64,000 bases of DNA from Octopus sinensis (GCF_006345805.1 NC_042997.1:187488001-187552000), one strand, 5' to 3'; positions 52,111 through 63,344 are shown, counted from the first letter of the stretch. Program-made: numbers and translations. The notes: generated from the letters alone by a model not told the origin.

Positions 52111-52525
52111 TATGCAAACACACACACACACACATTCATATATTTGTGTAAATACTATTGTTTTCCCTTTCTGTTATCCCAGCATATAAACTTTTAACAA
52201 TCTTCAGAACTTCAACAGTTTTGAAGATGAAATATAGTTATTAACTTTAACTTCAAAAACATTAAAGAGCCAGCTGGTTTGCTAAGATTTGTGGGAAGTC
52301 CTTTCTCTCTTTAGGAAGATTATTATCGTAACTTTTCTACACAGGTGTCTGTTCAGTGTCCATTTAAAAAGTTAACCTTGTAAACAACTTTAAAAAAAAA
52401 AGATGTTTACATCTCAGGTTGTGTGAATTGAGCCCAGCACATCACCCTGTATGTGTCCATTGTTCTTTCTGCAAGTTTTTTTCTGAATGCAGTATTTTTA
52501 TCTATCATAATCATAATGATGATGA

Positions 52526-52882
52526 TCATCATCATCATCGTTTAACGTCCACTTTCCATGCTAGCATGGGTTGGACGATTTTGACTGAGGGCTGGCGAAC
52601 CAGATGGCTGCACCAGGCTCCAATCTTGATCTGGCAGAGTTTCTACAGCTGGATGCCCTTCCTAACGCCAAGAGTGTAGTGGGTGCTTTTTATGTGTCAC
52701 TGGCACGGGGGCCAGTCAGGCAGTACTGGCAATGACCTCGCTCAAATTTTTTTACACATGCCACCAGCACAGGTGCCAGTGAAGCGACGTTGGTAACGAT
52801 CATGCTCGAATGGTGCCCTTTTACGTGCCACTGGTATGGAAGCCAGTTGGCTGCTCTGGCAAGGAAGCCAGTTGGCTGCTCT
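52526..52882 (-). mobile_element. RTE-type LINE 3' UTR, young
   Basis: catcatcatcgtttaacgtccactttccatgctagc...tttctacagctggatgcccttcctaacgcca; ends 132 nt upstream of exon D. Confidence 0.9.
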
Positions 52883-53014
52883 TAATTCTAACATGTCAGT
52901 TTCTTTGTTATTTTTTCTCATAATTTTGATAAATTCTTATAAATGATTATTCCTCTTGTTCTAAACAAAACAACACACAAGGTAATTTTTTTTTTTTGTC
53001 TTTCTACTTTGCAG

Positions 53015-53539
53015 ATGCATTATTATCTTACAGCATGCCTCAAGGTCACCAACGAGGCACTGAGCTAGAACTCTATGATTACACATATGATGGAATGAGA
53101 AAAGACGGTTACCTTTCTGGAGGTGTTGGTCAACTTACTGATGGTTTACAAGGCAACAGTAACTTCCGCATGACTGACAGTAAGGGTCTTGGTGTGAAAG
53201 GTTATGACTGGGTGGGCTGGAGAAACAATTCGGATATGTTTAAACCAATTGAAATCATCTTTAAATTTGATGGAGTAAGAAACTTTTCTGAGGTGTTTCT
53301 CTACTGCAATAATGCTTATAAAAAATATGTACGAGTTTTCCGGACTGCTCTGTTTTCTTTTAGTAATGGAGGCAAATATTACAGAGATGAGATAAAATTT
53401 TCTTACGTGAAGGACACTATTGTCGAGTATGCCAGAGATATAAGTATTGGTCTAAAACACAACATTGGTAGATATATTAAAATGCAGTTGTTTTTTGAAG
53501 CACGTTGGATTATGATAAGCGAAGTTCGTTTTGAATCAA
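53015..53539 (+). CDS. DDR: Discoidin domain receptor, internal exon D (DS-like domain, 525 nt, phase 1-1)
   Basis: Acceptor tttctactttgcag|AT, donor TCAA|gtaagt. Open frame (D)ALLSYSMPQG...YDG...GGVGQLTDG...GYDWVGW...IEIIFKFDGVRNFS...RWIMISEVRFES, typical of the DDR DS-like domain. Corresponds to ORF 52996..53547 minus its intronic ends. Confidence 0.97.
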
Positions 53540-53869
53540 GTAAGTGAACTTTTTGGTTTCTTTTTTTTTTTTTTTTTCTTACTCAAAGATAAAGGCATCT
53601 TTTTGTTTTCTATATTGTATGTTGCAAAATAGTATTTTCAACCATGTAACAAACATCCTTGTTTTAGCTAGTCATCTGAATAGATGCATATGTCAATATG
53701 TTGTGAATTGTTATGATACTGCATTGCATTTATATGAAAGGAAATGTTTGAAGAGTTGTAAAATCAGTAAATCCTCAATCAGGCTTCAACATCATTTTTA
53801 ATTTGTAACACATTAGCAAGCTATGATCTACACTCATTATGGAGTTGGCTTCAATATGATGTATGTGTA

Positions 53870-53904
<35 letters not shown>

Positions 53905-54175
53905 ATTGTGTACATATTTGCGCATATGTTTATATATAAATACATGTGTGTGTATCCATATATGTATGTGTGTTTATACATATACATTGATCATACATAC
54001 ACACAAACAGACATATATACTCATATATTTACCTATATATAGATAGGTAAATATATGTTTGTGTGTATGTATGATTAATGAAAATGTTGGTGGAGATCCT
54101 ACCAAGTACCATGAAAATCCACTCTGACAATTTCCAGCTACACATGCATACGTGTGTGTGTGTGTGTGTGTGTCT
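53870..54175. repeat. Compound TA/TG/CA microsatellite region
   Basis: Visible dinucleotide runs. Confidence 0.85.
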
Positions 54176-55599
54176 ACTTCCAATCAACCAAAAATAATGT
54201 CAAAACAAAGTCATGTGAGATATGTATTAAAAAAAAAGTCCCTTTTGAGTCAATTTGATGTCTGAATCTTGATTACAAACTGGAAGTGTGTTTTGTTTTG
54301 TACGTAACATAAATCGTGTGATGTGGAAAACTAAAAAAAATACTTGTTTGAGCCACTTTATGCATGTCAAGTACACACAGAAAAAAGAGTAAAGAAATAG
54401 AAAAAAAACAGTGGGAAGAAATATTAAAGATAATAAATTGAATAAATGTGATGAAGGGTAATAAGGATGAAAATAAGGAATTTATGGTAAAACCCATGTA
54501 AACGCAAATAGAATTAGACTTAACTCAGTCCCATATCACCTGAAAGTGGTGTGGAACTGTATGTAATATATAGTGGGCAGAAGTGATTTTGTTGAAATTA
54601 CAACAAAAATACTGATGAAACAGTGATAGTTCACTAAAATCATGGATTCTTATGTGAAAATATCACATAACAATTTTTCTAGTGAGCTTTTGATGTCAAA
54701 TTCATGAGATCCTAAATGAATTGTATATTTTTAAGGAGTTCCAAAAATATTAAAGAAATTCTACTTGTACACTTTCTATTGTACAGTATATTCAGCTTGT
54801 TGATAGGACAAGTTTCTTCATTCTTTTGTTGTTATATTTTTAACTAAAATACACCTATTATGTGTTTCAATTAGATTGTAAAATAATTGGGTAATTAGAC
54901 TAGTTTCATAAAATGACTCATTTTTTGCTTACCAACATATTGTGATTTTGTAATTGTTGTCTCAAAGTGAATCTAATTTCTACAAGTAAATTCAATAAAA
55001 CTTTAAATTATTTATGTTTTGTTGGACTGTTACCATATAAAATGAGTTATTAGCTAATATTCAATTGGGTATAACAACAAAATTTTAATATAGAAGACTT
55101 GTGCACATTGCTGGATTGGTTTGGTTCTCTGTCTTTTACAAGGCTGGGTGCTTCATCAACAGAACAACTTGTTTGTGAAATTAACCTGCAAGAGGCTGAG
55201 CACTCCACACACACATGTACCCTTAACGTGGTTCTCAGAGAGATTCAGCATGACACTGATTGATGAAGCTGGCTCTTTGAATTGCAGACAGAACTCATTT
55301 TTGCCAGCTGAGTCTAGTGGAGCAATGAGAAAATCAGACACAACATATTGCCAAGAATCAAACTCACAGCTTTATAATCACAAGATGAATACCCTAACCA
55401 CTAAGACAGGTGTATCATAATGGTAAAATAGACGAAAATAATGGAATTTATCCTTGAAGAAAACTTGAAAATGAAACCTATACACCATCAAGTAAATGAA
55501 ATAAACTCATATATATGCATAAATACACAAAAATATGTGCAATAATGATTCACAATACAAATGAATCAAAATTTGTTTCTCACTTTACAGGTAAATGCA

Positions 55600-56711
55600 A
55601 AATAAAAACAAAGTAAATCTGAAAAAAAATTTTTACAAAATAAAATTATATATATGCAAATCATGGAAACTTGTAAAGTGCCCCATTCTATACAATGCAA
55701 CCTTGCAGAAGGCATATTAGAAAGTAATTTCAATTGATTGTCCACTGGGATCTTTCCTTTTTGTCATATAGGTAATCCAAGCACTGTTCTCCAATTTTGT
55801 AGTTTTCCTTGGCACATGCTGTCAGAAATGTACCTTACCTTTATAACCCACCATACTTTCATAAAGGGATAAGTGTCTATCAGGCTTATCAAACATTTTG
55901 TATGTGTTCTGAGCACTATCAATGAGGGGATTTATTTTGAATAAGGGATCAAAATTCGTTTCTCCACATACTGTTTGTGTCTCTTATATGCAAATACTGT
56001 GATAATTTTAAAAATCATGTTCTTGTCATGGTATTGAAACATTCTGATCTCTGAAAGGTTCATAATTACTCTAGTAGTTTTTAATCCTGAACAGATTCCT
56101 TAATACACATGATATTAATAGTAAAAAAATCTGGGATTTCTTCCAGGTATGTGGGTGACCACAAACTGTCTTTTTACCTCTTTGTTTATGTTCTGTGTAA
56201 TGATTTTGCTTCTACGGTTATTGTTTCAAAGAAAGGGAAAAATGCCTAATAGTTTCGTCTCCTTGGAAAGACTGTTACTAGGTCCAATTTATTCCAAACA
56301 ATAATGAAAAACAGTTATTAAATTTTCACTCCATTCAGATACAAATTTGCTTTCTTTATCTCTAATGGAGCTCTTGTCATAATCACATGTTTCACTTTTG
56401 GAAATCAAAATATCCAAAATTCAGAGTTGTTGCTTAAGAACATAAAACTCATATCCATTTTCTGAAATAAAAAATTTCAGAAAATTGATTTATTATAATG
56501 TGAAATAAAAATCTTCAAAAATTCACATGCCAAATAATGTTGGACACTATTATTCAATTAGTTTAAATAGTAAAATCATGTGTTTGCATGAATGTACTAT
56601 GATTTGCAATGAAATTCTCATTTAAATACAAATACGTTATCTAGGGTGGTTTTAGGTGAGTTGGTAACATAAGCTAAAAAAAATTCTTAGGTGGGTTTCA
56701 TAATGAAAGGG
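55600..56711 (-). mobile_element. Fossil piggyBac (PGBD4-like) transposase with its 5' TIR
   Basis: Minus strand reads PTYLEEI..FF.INIM...MTRT*FLKLSQYLHIRD...FDPLFKINPLID...LSLYESMVGYKGKVHF*Q.VPRKTTK; TIR ccctttcatta plus TTAA at 56701-56715. The left end was not found. Confidence 0.8.
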
Positions 56712-59364
56712 TTAAGATAAACTTATTTAGTTAACAGTATTTTGAAACTGGTTCATTTCTTGAATTTGACAACTTGATAAAGAGCTATCAGTGGTATATA
56801 CACAATCTCTCCAAATATGGTTTGTTGAATTTTACTCCTGACCATAGAATTCTACTTGTAGTCATACTCTCATTTTTAGTTACCAATATATTGTGAGAGG
56901 GAAGTTGTATTTCTTCTTTCTGGACTCCTGAAAAAATGCATGTGTTGTGCTAGCACGGTGCATCAGCTCTTTGCTAGAACATTTATTATTTCAAGGACAA
57001 AGTTAATGTGGTGATTACTATGTAGCTGGAAAGCTGAAGGTATACTGTTGTGGTAATTTATTTTGTTGACACTATTAATTAAATTTTTGGTGTAACTAGT
57101 GCATCTGTAGCTAACTTTTAAAGTTTTTGTTGAAAATCTTACAGTATTTATAACCAATAGGGAAGTGTCTGGGTACTAGATTCAAGAAGTTTCTAGCAGT
57201 GTTAATAGTGACACCTAGGATAATGGTGGCTGTTAAACTAGATAATATTACAGTTGCAATGTTTTTGTTATTTTTGAAAAATATTATTAGGTGGTCAATA
57301 TTTCTCAAAATAAAAAGAAAAGTCACTCTCTTTCAATGCATTGCTATAATATGGGTTACCGAGTTGAACATTTCTTCATCTGATAAAATAGCAGAACTCC
57401 ATGGCTAATGTTGCTAACAAAATTCTTCAATACTATTGATAGATAACTAGAGTATTTGATACACACACATTTCTCATTGGCCTTCCTGTTAGGCAATATT
57501 TTTCTGTACTTGAGCCTAATGTAATGTTTAAAAATTAACTACAATTTATAGTGTAGTAATTCTTCAACTTAATTCTTTGAATGGTCTTTTCTTAGTTTAT
57601 CCAACTGATTATTATTCATATGGCTTGAAATTAAGAAGCTGTAATCTTGTGAAAGTCTATGCCACTGAATTTCCTCTTCAAGGAATCTAACATGTATTCC
57701 CACTTGTCTACTGGTCTCAGCCACATCATACAGTCCTGTAATGACACCAGGTAGCTCATTGCTATTGTTTCACTCAAATTCTATCTTTAAAGAATAGTAA
57801 AAGAGTTTTAGATATGCATGATATCAATTTCAAGATTACTAATGGGGATCAGTTTCTTGCTGAACTTTAAAGAATTGAGTAGATAAAGCTTTTAAGATAT
57901 AGGGTAGAACTCAGTTTCATCCAATTGGATAAATTTTCAATTATGTTTACTATTTATTTGGATAAACCAATTAATAATATAAAGGTAAATTTATGACTTG
58001 ACAAATTTTAATGATAATTGCATCTAAGATGTGCTTGCTTGCAATAGCTAGTTCACTCTTTGCTCCAAAAATTATGATTGTGGTCCATATGGGGCTTCCC
58101 TGAGTGCTAAGTTGTAGTATCTGAGTTATTTTTATCAATGTTAGTATTGATTTTCTGTATTTGATTGTAATGTTGTTAGAAAGAAGCCTGGAGCATTTTC
58201 CATCTCATAAAGAGATTTTTAATATGACTATGAATAATTTTTTTCTTTAAGCATTAGAATGTTTTTGTATTATTATTATTATTATTTTTTTTTTTTTAAT
58301 GTTCTTGAATGATGTGTGTATGTAATAATTTCAAATAGTTCATTTTCAAAACCCACCTAAAATTTCTTCCGGGACAATAGATTTCTAGTCTTAAGACAAT
58401 ATTTTATTAGTTAGAGGCATCTGCAGAGTTATGAAAGAAGTATCATTTCCAGCATGTTTTATTTATTAGGTCTTTTAGGGTTTTTTTTTGTTATTCTTAT
58501 TCCTATTATGCATTTTAGATATGCTTTCTTAGACATGATAGGGAATGTTTTCTACTTAATGTGGGACCAGGTATTGGAACCTTGTCAGTAAAAAGTTCCC
58601 TTTTTGTGAAGAATACACAACAATAACTGGGCTAACGTATCCTCCTTAATACAAATGAAAGGAAATGGTACCCAATACATAACCGTTAACTTTAATGATT
58701 GCAATGAGGAAAGAACTGGGTTTTCAACAGTTATTTACTCTGAGTTTCACATTATCAAAAAAACATTTCGTTTTTAACTGTTTGACATTTGATGAAATCA
58801 TGTGGGCGGCCAGCGGGCCAGGCAGACTACAACTGATTTAAACATAGGGAGGAGAAGTAGCTAATTAAATGAAAACAAGGAGACTTTAATCAGAGAGTGG
58901 GAGTGGAGTTATAGGTGAGTTGTTGCATGAGTGACATTATAGTAGTCGATGGGTAGTGACAGTAGAATAGAAGCAAGTGTTGAACAGTAAAAGATCTGGA
59001 AGCAATTAATTTTACTGAATGGTGATGGAGCATGGTGAGGGAAGATTTTCTGTGATCCCAAGAAACCTCATGTACCGACATCTAACTGTATTGAGTGCAC
59101 TTTCTCCTACTCATATGTATGTGTATACATGATAGAAAATACGTATGGTGCATTATATGAATGAAATAATAAAGCCAAAGAGTAAAATTTTTTGTAACAA
59201 GATTTTGATATTTTGGCATGAGAAAGCCTTTATTAAAGTTCATAACATCTATGCCTGCACCTTATGTATACACGCACACCCAAACCTACTTACATACAGA
59301 CATTTATACACACACACACACACACACACACACCACACACACACACACACACATATTGTCATCA

Positions 59365-60110
59365 TTGTTTTGTCTAACATCTCTCGTTTATGCTGACATG
59401 TGTTGGATGGTTTGACAGGATCTTATGAGCCAAAGGATCACACTAAGCTCCAGTACCTGTTATGGTATGGTTTCTATGGCTGGATGCTGCCCTAATGCCA
59501 AACACTTTACAGAGTGTATTACATGCTTCTTTTTTTTTCATGGTATTGATACTAGTGAGGTTACCATGTAACTTGCAAGACAAGAGCCCTCAATTGAGTG
59601 AGGGTTTAGTAATGAGATAGGAGGCTTTATGCCAGATATTGAGAAATTAAAGTGTAACAGAGGGACAGGAGCATGTGTCTTGTTGTAGAAGAGATAGGTA
59701 GCTACCTCAGCTGGAAAGAGAGAAGAGAGATCATGGTGATGAGGGTATCAGGGTGTACCCCCAAGCTACAAGAAAGTGAATATAAGATAGAATAGTTACA
59801 GAGGATCAGACAGAGTGGATGGGTTCATGAGAGTGTGAAAGGAGAGTGACAGGTGGTTAGAGATGGGGACAGAAGTGAAAGCAGTGAATAGGGAACACAG
59901 TTGCTGGCATGGTCAGGTGAAAGTGAAAGTAAGAGGAGTAATTCAAGGAAATGGAGATATCTCACAGTATAAAAGAAAGGAGAGAGTGGAGAGCAACAAT
60001 ATAATAAAACCATGAAGTGTGGAGGGTGAGAAAGGAATGCACAGTGACAGAGACAGCAGGCAGAGGTGAGGTAAAAATAGCGAGTGACAGACAGCTTAAG
60101 ATAGTGGAGG
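59365..60110 (-). mobile_element. Old RTE-related 3' region with purine-rich extension
   Basis: Tail plus ctggatgctgccctaatgcca core, then a GA-rich segment resembling 62200-62850. Boundaries approximate. Confidence 0.55.
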
Positions 60111-60119
60111 GTCTTTGAA

Positions 60120-60294
60120 AGCGGATATTTGACGGATATTTGTCCTCGTCTTGTTCGCTGTTAACACGTTTCGGCTGATATATCTTCCAGCCTTCATCAG
60201 GTGTCTTGGGTAAATTTCAAACCTGAGTTTGATTCCAGGCAGTGATCTGAATAATAATAATATCAAAAAATACCTTAGAAATTAGAACCCAGGT
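60120..60294 (-). mobile_element. Penelope-like element terminal fragment carrying a hammerhead-core motif
   Basis: Minus strand CCTGATGA-AGGCTG-gaagatatat-CAGCC-GAAACGTG; CTGATGA..GAAAC is the motif typical of Penelope-like pLTRs. Confidence 0.55.
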
Positions 60295-61104
60295 GCAGTT
60301 TGTCATACATGCACACTGACATTGCACATTCAGCAGAGCATGCTGGCCTCATTTCTTTTTAGTGTTCACATGTCTTCAGCAATTACAGCCCACATTTCAC
60401 TGCTGTTCAATGTGTCCCTGTCAAACCTTCCCCCACAACTCATCTTCTTAATACCCATCCTCTATCACTCTTCTTAATACAGCACTACTCACTCAGATTC
60501 TGTAAATATCCTTTTCTCTGCTATCAGTTATCCCTCTCCTTGGAACAACTTCTGTTTGTCACCCATTTTGCTTTCTCATTTTCCCATTTTCCACTAAACA
60601 CCACAAAGTCTACTTTCTCTGTTAACTTCACTGTGATTCCACTGCACCTCTTATGTGGCCATTGTTTTCACTGGGTGCACCATAAGGAATTTCTACCTCT
60701 TCCTTTACAGCACACACACATTTAGAAATGGAAGTACTCAATACCATACTGTGTGCCCAGTAAACTTTTTACTATGCAAAATACATCTGGGCAAGAGAAA
60801 AACATATTTTCCATATTCAGTCAGTTGAATATCAAAAGCTGACTGGGGTACAAACCTTGCATCAGACAAGATAAGAACTCTAGTTATATTTCTCTTCATA
60901 TAAGTTTTGATTAATTCGGGGAAAGTGAGAACTGGGCAAGAAAGAAACAACAATCCTTGCAATTCCTGGATAATAAAAAGCACAAACTCACCTGCTGGTG
61001 ATGTACATATGCGTGCATGCAAGCACTCGCACATACATACACTCGCACGCGCACACACACAACACATTTAGATATCTAACAAAACACAGATGTATATATA
61101 TATG

Positions 61105-61344
61105 TCATCATCATCATCATCGTTTAACGTCCGTTTTCTGCGCTAGCACGGGTTGGACGGTTTCGACCGGGGTCTGGGGAGCTCGGGACTGCCCCAGGCT
61201 CCAGTCTAGTCTGGCAGTGTTTCTACAGCTGGATGCCCTTCCTAACGCCAACCACTCCGCGAGTGTAGTGGGTGTTTTTTACGTGCCACCTGCACAGGTG
61301 CCAGAGGGGTCTGGCATCGGCCACGTTCGGATGGTGCTTTTTAT
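61105..61344 (-). mobile_element. Young RTE-type LINE 3' end (CpG-intact)
   Basis: catcatcatcgtttaacgtccgttttc...ctacagctggatgcccttcctaacgccaaccactccgcgag. Confidence 0.92.
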
Positions 61345-61745
61345 GGGGGGGGGGTGCAGAAATATAGGGGAGCACCAGTGGGAGGGGTGGTTCAGAGGAC
61401 AGGTTCTAGGCAAGTAGAACGTAGGATATCGAGAGAGGGGTAATGCATGGTGAAATAGCGTATTGAAGAGGGGGTTCAAAGAGTAGACACCTATAATGGT
61501 GGTGGGGGGGTGCAGAAATATAGGGGAGCACCAGTGGGAGGGGTGGTTCAGAGGACAGGTTCTAGGCAAGTAGAACGTAGGATATCGAGAGAGGGGTAAT
61601 GCATGGTGAAATAGCGTATTGAAGAGGGGGTTCAAAGAGTAGACACCTATAATGGTGGTGGGGGGGTGCAGAAATATAGGGGAGCACCAGTGGGAGGGGT
61701 GGTTCAGAGGACAGGTTCTAGGCAAGTAGAACGTAGGATATCGAG
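61345..61745. repeat. 156-bp G-rich tandem repeat, about 2.5 identical copies
   Basis: tgcagaaatatagggg starts at 61355, 61511 and 61667; no differences seen between copies. Confidence 0.97.
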
Positions 61746-61779
61746 GCTATATGTATATATATATATATATATATGCATA

Positions 61780-62013
61780 CAAGGTTGGCCAAAAGTCATC
61801 TGACAGTAAATCAAAACCATTTAATTCCAAGATTTATTTACGTTTAACAACTAAATGAATTTAATAAAAGCATCTAAATATGAAACATCATGAAAATTGT
61901 TCAAACTGAAGTCCTTCTTGAGTGACACATTTTTCCATTCAAGTCAATACACAATTACAGATAGAATTTATGGGATTTTGATTTACTGTCAAAGTGACTT
62001 TTGACCAACCCTG
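61780..62013. mobile_element. Tc1/mariner-type MITE
   Basis: TA|caaggttggccaaaagtcatctgacagtaaatcaaaa ... ttttgatttactgtcaaagtgacttttgaccaaccctg|TA. Confidence 0.92.
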
Positions 62014-62031
62014 TATTTAGTATTTATTTAT

Positions 62032-63330
62032 CATCATCATCATTTAACATCCCTGTTCGATGTTGGCTTGGGTTGGGAAGATCCACTAGATCCAAAGACT
62101 TCATTCCAGTATTTGCTTTGGCTTGATCTCTACAGCTGGATGCCCTTCCTAATGCCAGCCAGTTTCCAGCATATACTGGGTTGCTTTTTTTGTGCTACTA
62201 GTACTAGTGAGGTCATTGTGCAGCTTGCAAGATTATGAAACCTGAGACAGGAGATGAGAGTAGCTTTATGCCAAGAGATGAGGTGTAAAAGTATGAGAGT
62301 AGGAGTGATGAGCAAGTCCTTATCGAGGATCTATGTGGCTATTCACATTTAGAAGAGAGAATGAGATTGCCAGGTGACTCCACAAGGTATGAGGGGAATG
62401 GAGGTCAGTGGGGATAGAAGAACCAGGAGTGTGGGCTGGGATTTGCAAAGAGTGTATGGGAAGCAAGAGTTAGAGGTAGGCAGCAACTGTAAAGATTGGT
62501 TAGGGTTCAAGAGTGGATATAGAGAGTAATGTATAAGGGGTAGGAGATGACCAAGGAGTGTAGAAGAGAGATGGGGAAGTTGTAGGGTAGTATGAGTAAA
62601 GAAGATACAGTTGGCAGGGAGGAGCACGAGTGAGAGATAACATGTAATTGGGTAGGCTGCAGAAGTTGGGAGACAGGGGCCGGTGTAGTGCACGAAGAGA
62701 GATAATTTAATGATTCAGTAGGGGAAAGGAGAGCAAATGATCAATGTGGTTCGTGGGCAACAGCTAACAAGTAATAAACAGTTCCAGGTAGCAAGAAAAA
62801 AAAAACAAAATGGTAGTGAGAGTGATCATGAGTGGGTGGTAGGGGTGGGAATATCAGGAGATTGGATAAGGTACCCATTTGTGTATATATGTACATGCAG
62901 TGCTTCCAAGTCACTTCTACAGAGATGGATCTTCTCCAGGCCTTCATATCATCAGACATCCTTGTCCTTTGTCATCCGCTCCATAACATTCAGGGATCTG
63001 AGGTCAGCCTTCATCATCATATCATCCTGGGTCTTCCTTCCACAAATTCTAACCTTATTAAATGATTGACACTTCTTTCTACAGGTGTCCTCATCCATAT
63101 GCATCACATGTCCATATGAGTGCAACCTTCTTTCTTGTGCACTATATCTGATTCTTCTTATGCCCAGTTTTTCTCTCAGCACATTTATACTACGTCATTC
63201 ATGCACACCCAACATTCTTTCCAGTCTGCTCACATCCTCTGCATTCAAGGATCACATCTCTCTATCAGTTCCAATACATGCATCATACAATCTGCTCTTC
63301 AGTTTCTGGGAAACACCTTTGTTGCCAACG
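62032..63330 (-). mobile_element. Decayed RTE LINE: RT C-terminus plus 3' region
   Basis: 62900-63330 translates SQKLKSRLYDACI...LREKLGIRRIRYSAQERRLHSYGHVMHMDEDTCRKKC...ADLRSL (RTE R..W.GHV.RM motif); (CAT)n tail at 62032. Continuity between the two ends is inferred. Confidence 0.75.
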
Positions 63331-63344
63331 ACATATATATAGGT

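Noticed and set aside
52996-53014. ORF-track start MSFYFA as the N-terminus of a standalone 183-aa protein
   Set aside because: This is the polypyrimidine tract and acceptor of exon D; the frame is entered by splicing.
54527-54550. ccatatcacctgaaag resembling the 5' end of 5S rRNA
   Set aside because: Similarity stops after about 16 nt; no internal control region follows.
55121-55420. 99-aa ORF in frame with exon D via a weak acceptor at 55142
   Set aside because: It translates an interspersed repeat also seen at about 1595-1680; no DDR juxtamembrane or TM similarity.
10788-55996. Repeated ATGCAAAT octamer motifs
   Set aside because: The number seen is not clearly above expectation for this base composition, and they are not clustered.
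56147-56304. Candidate alternative terminal exon giving a TM-like helix plus RKGK and a stop (kinase-less DDR)
   Set aside because: It is in frame after ttccag, but lies on the antisense strand of the piggyBac fossil, has a short pyrimidine tract and almost no juxtamembrane stalk. T-rich DNA yields such peptides by chance; revisit only if RNA-seq shows a 53539-to-56147 junction.
58800-58830. Short GC-rich patch gtgggcggccagcgggccaggcag
   Set aside because: Only about 25 bp, with no ORF, structure or repeat context I can support.
61355-61510. Hammerhead ribozyme inside the 156-bp unit (ttgaaga...aaag)
   Set aside because: It lacks the C of CUGANGA and a correctly placed GAAA; no stems form.
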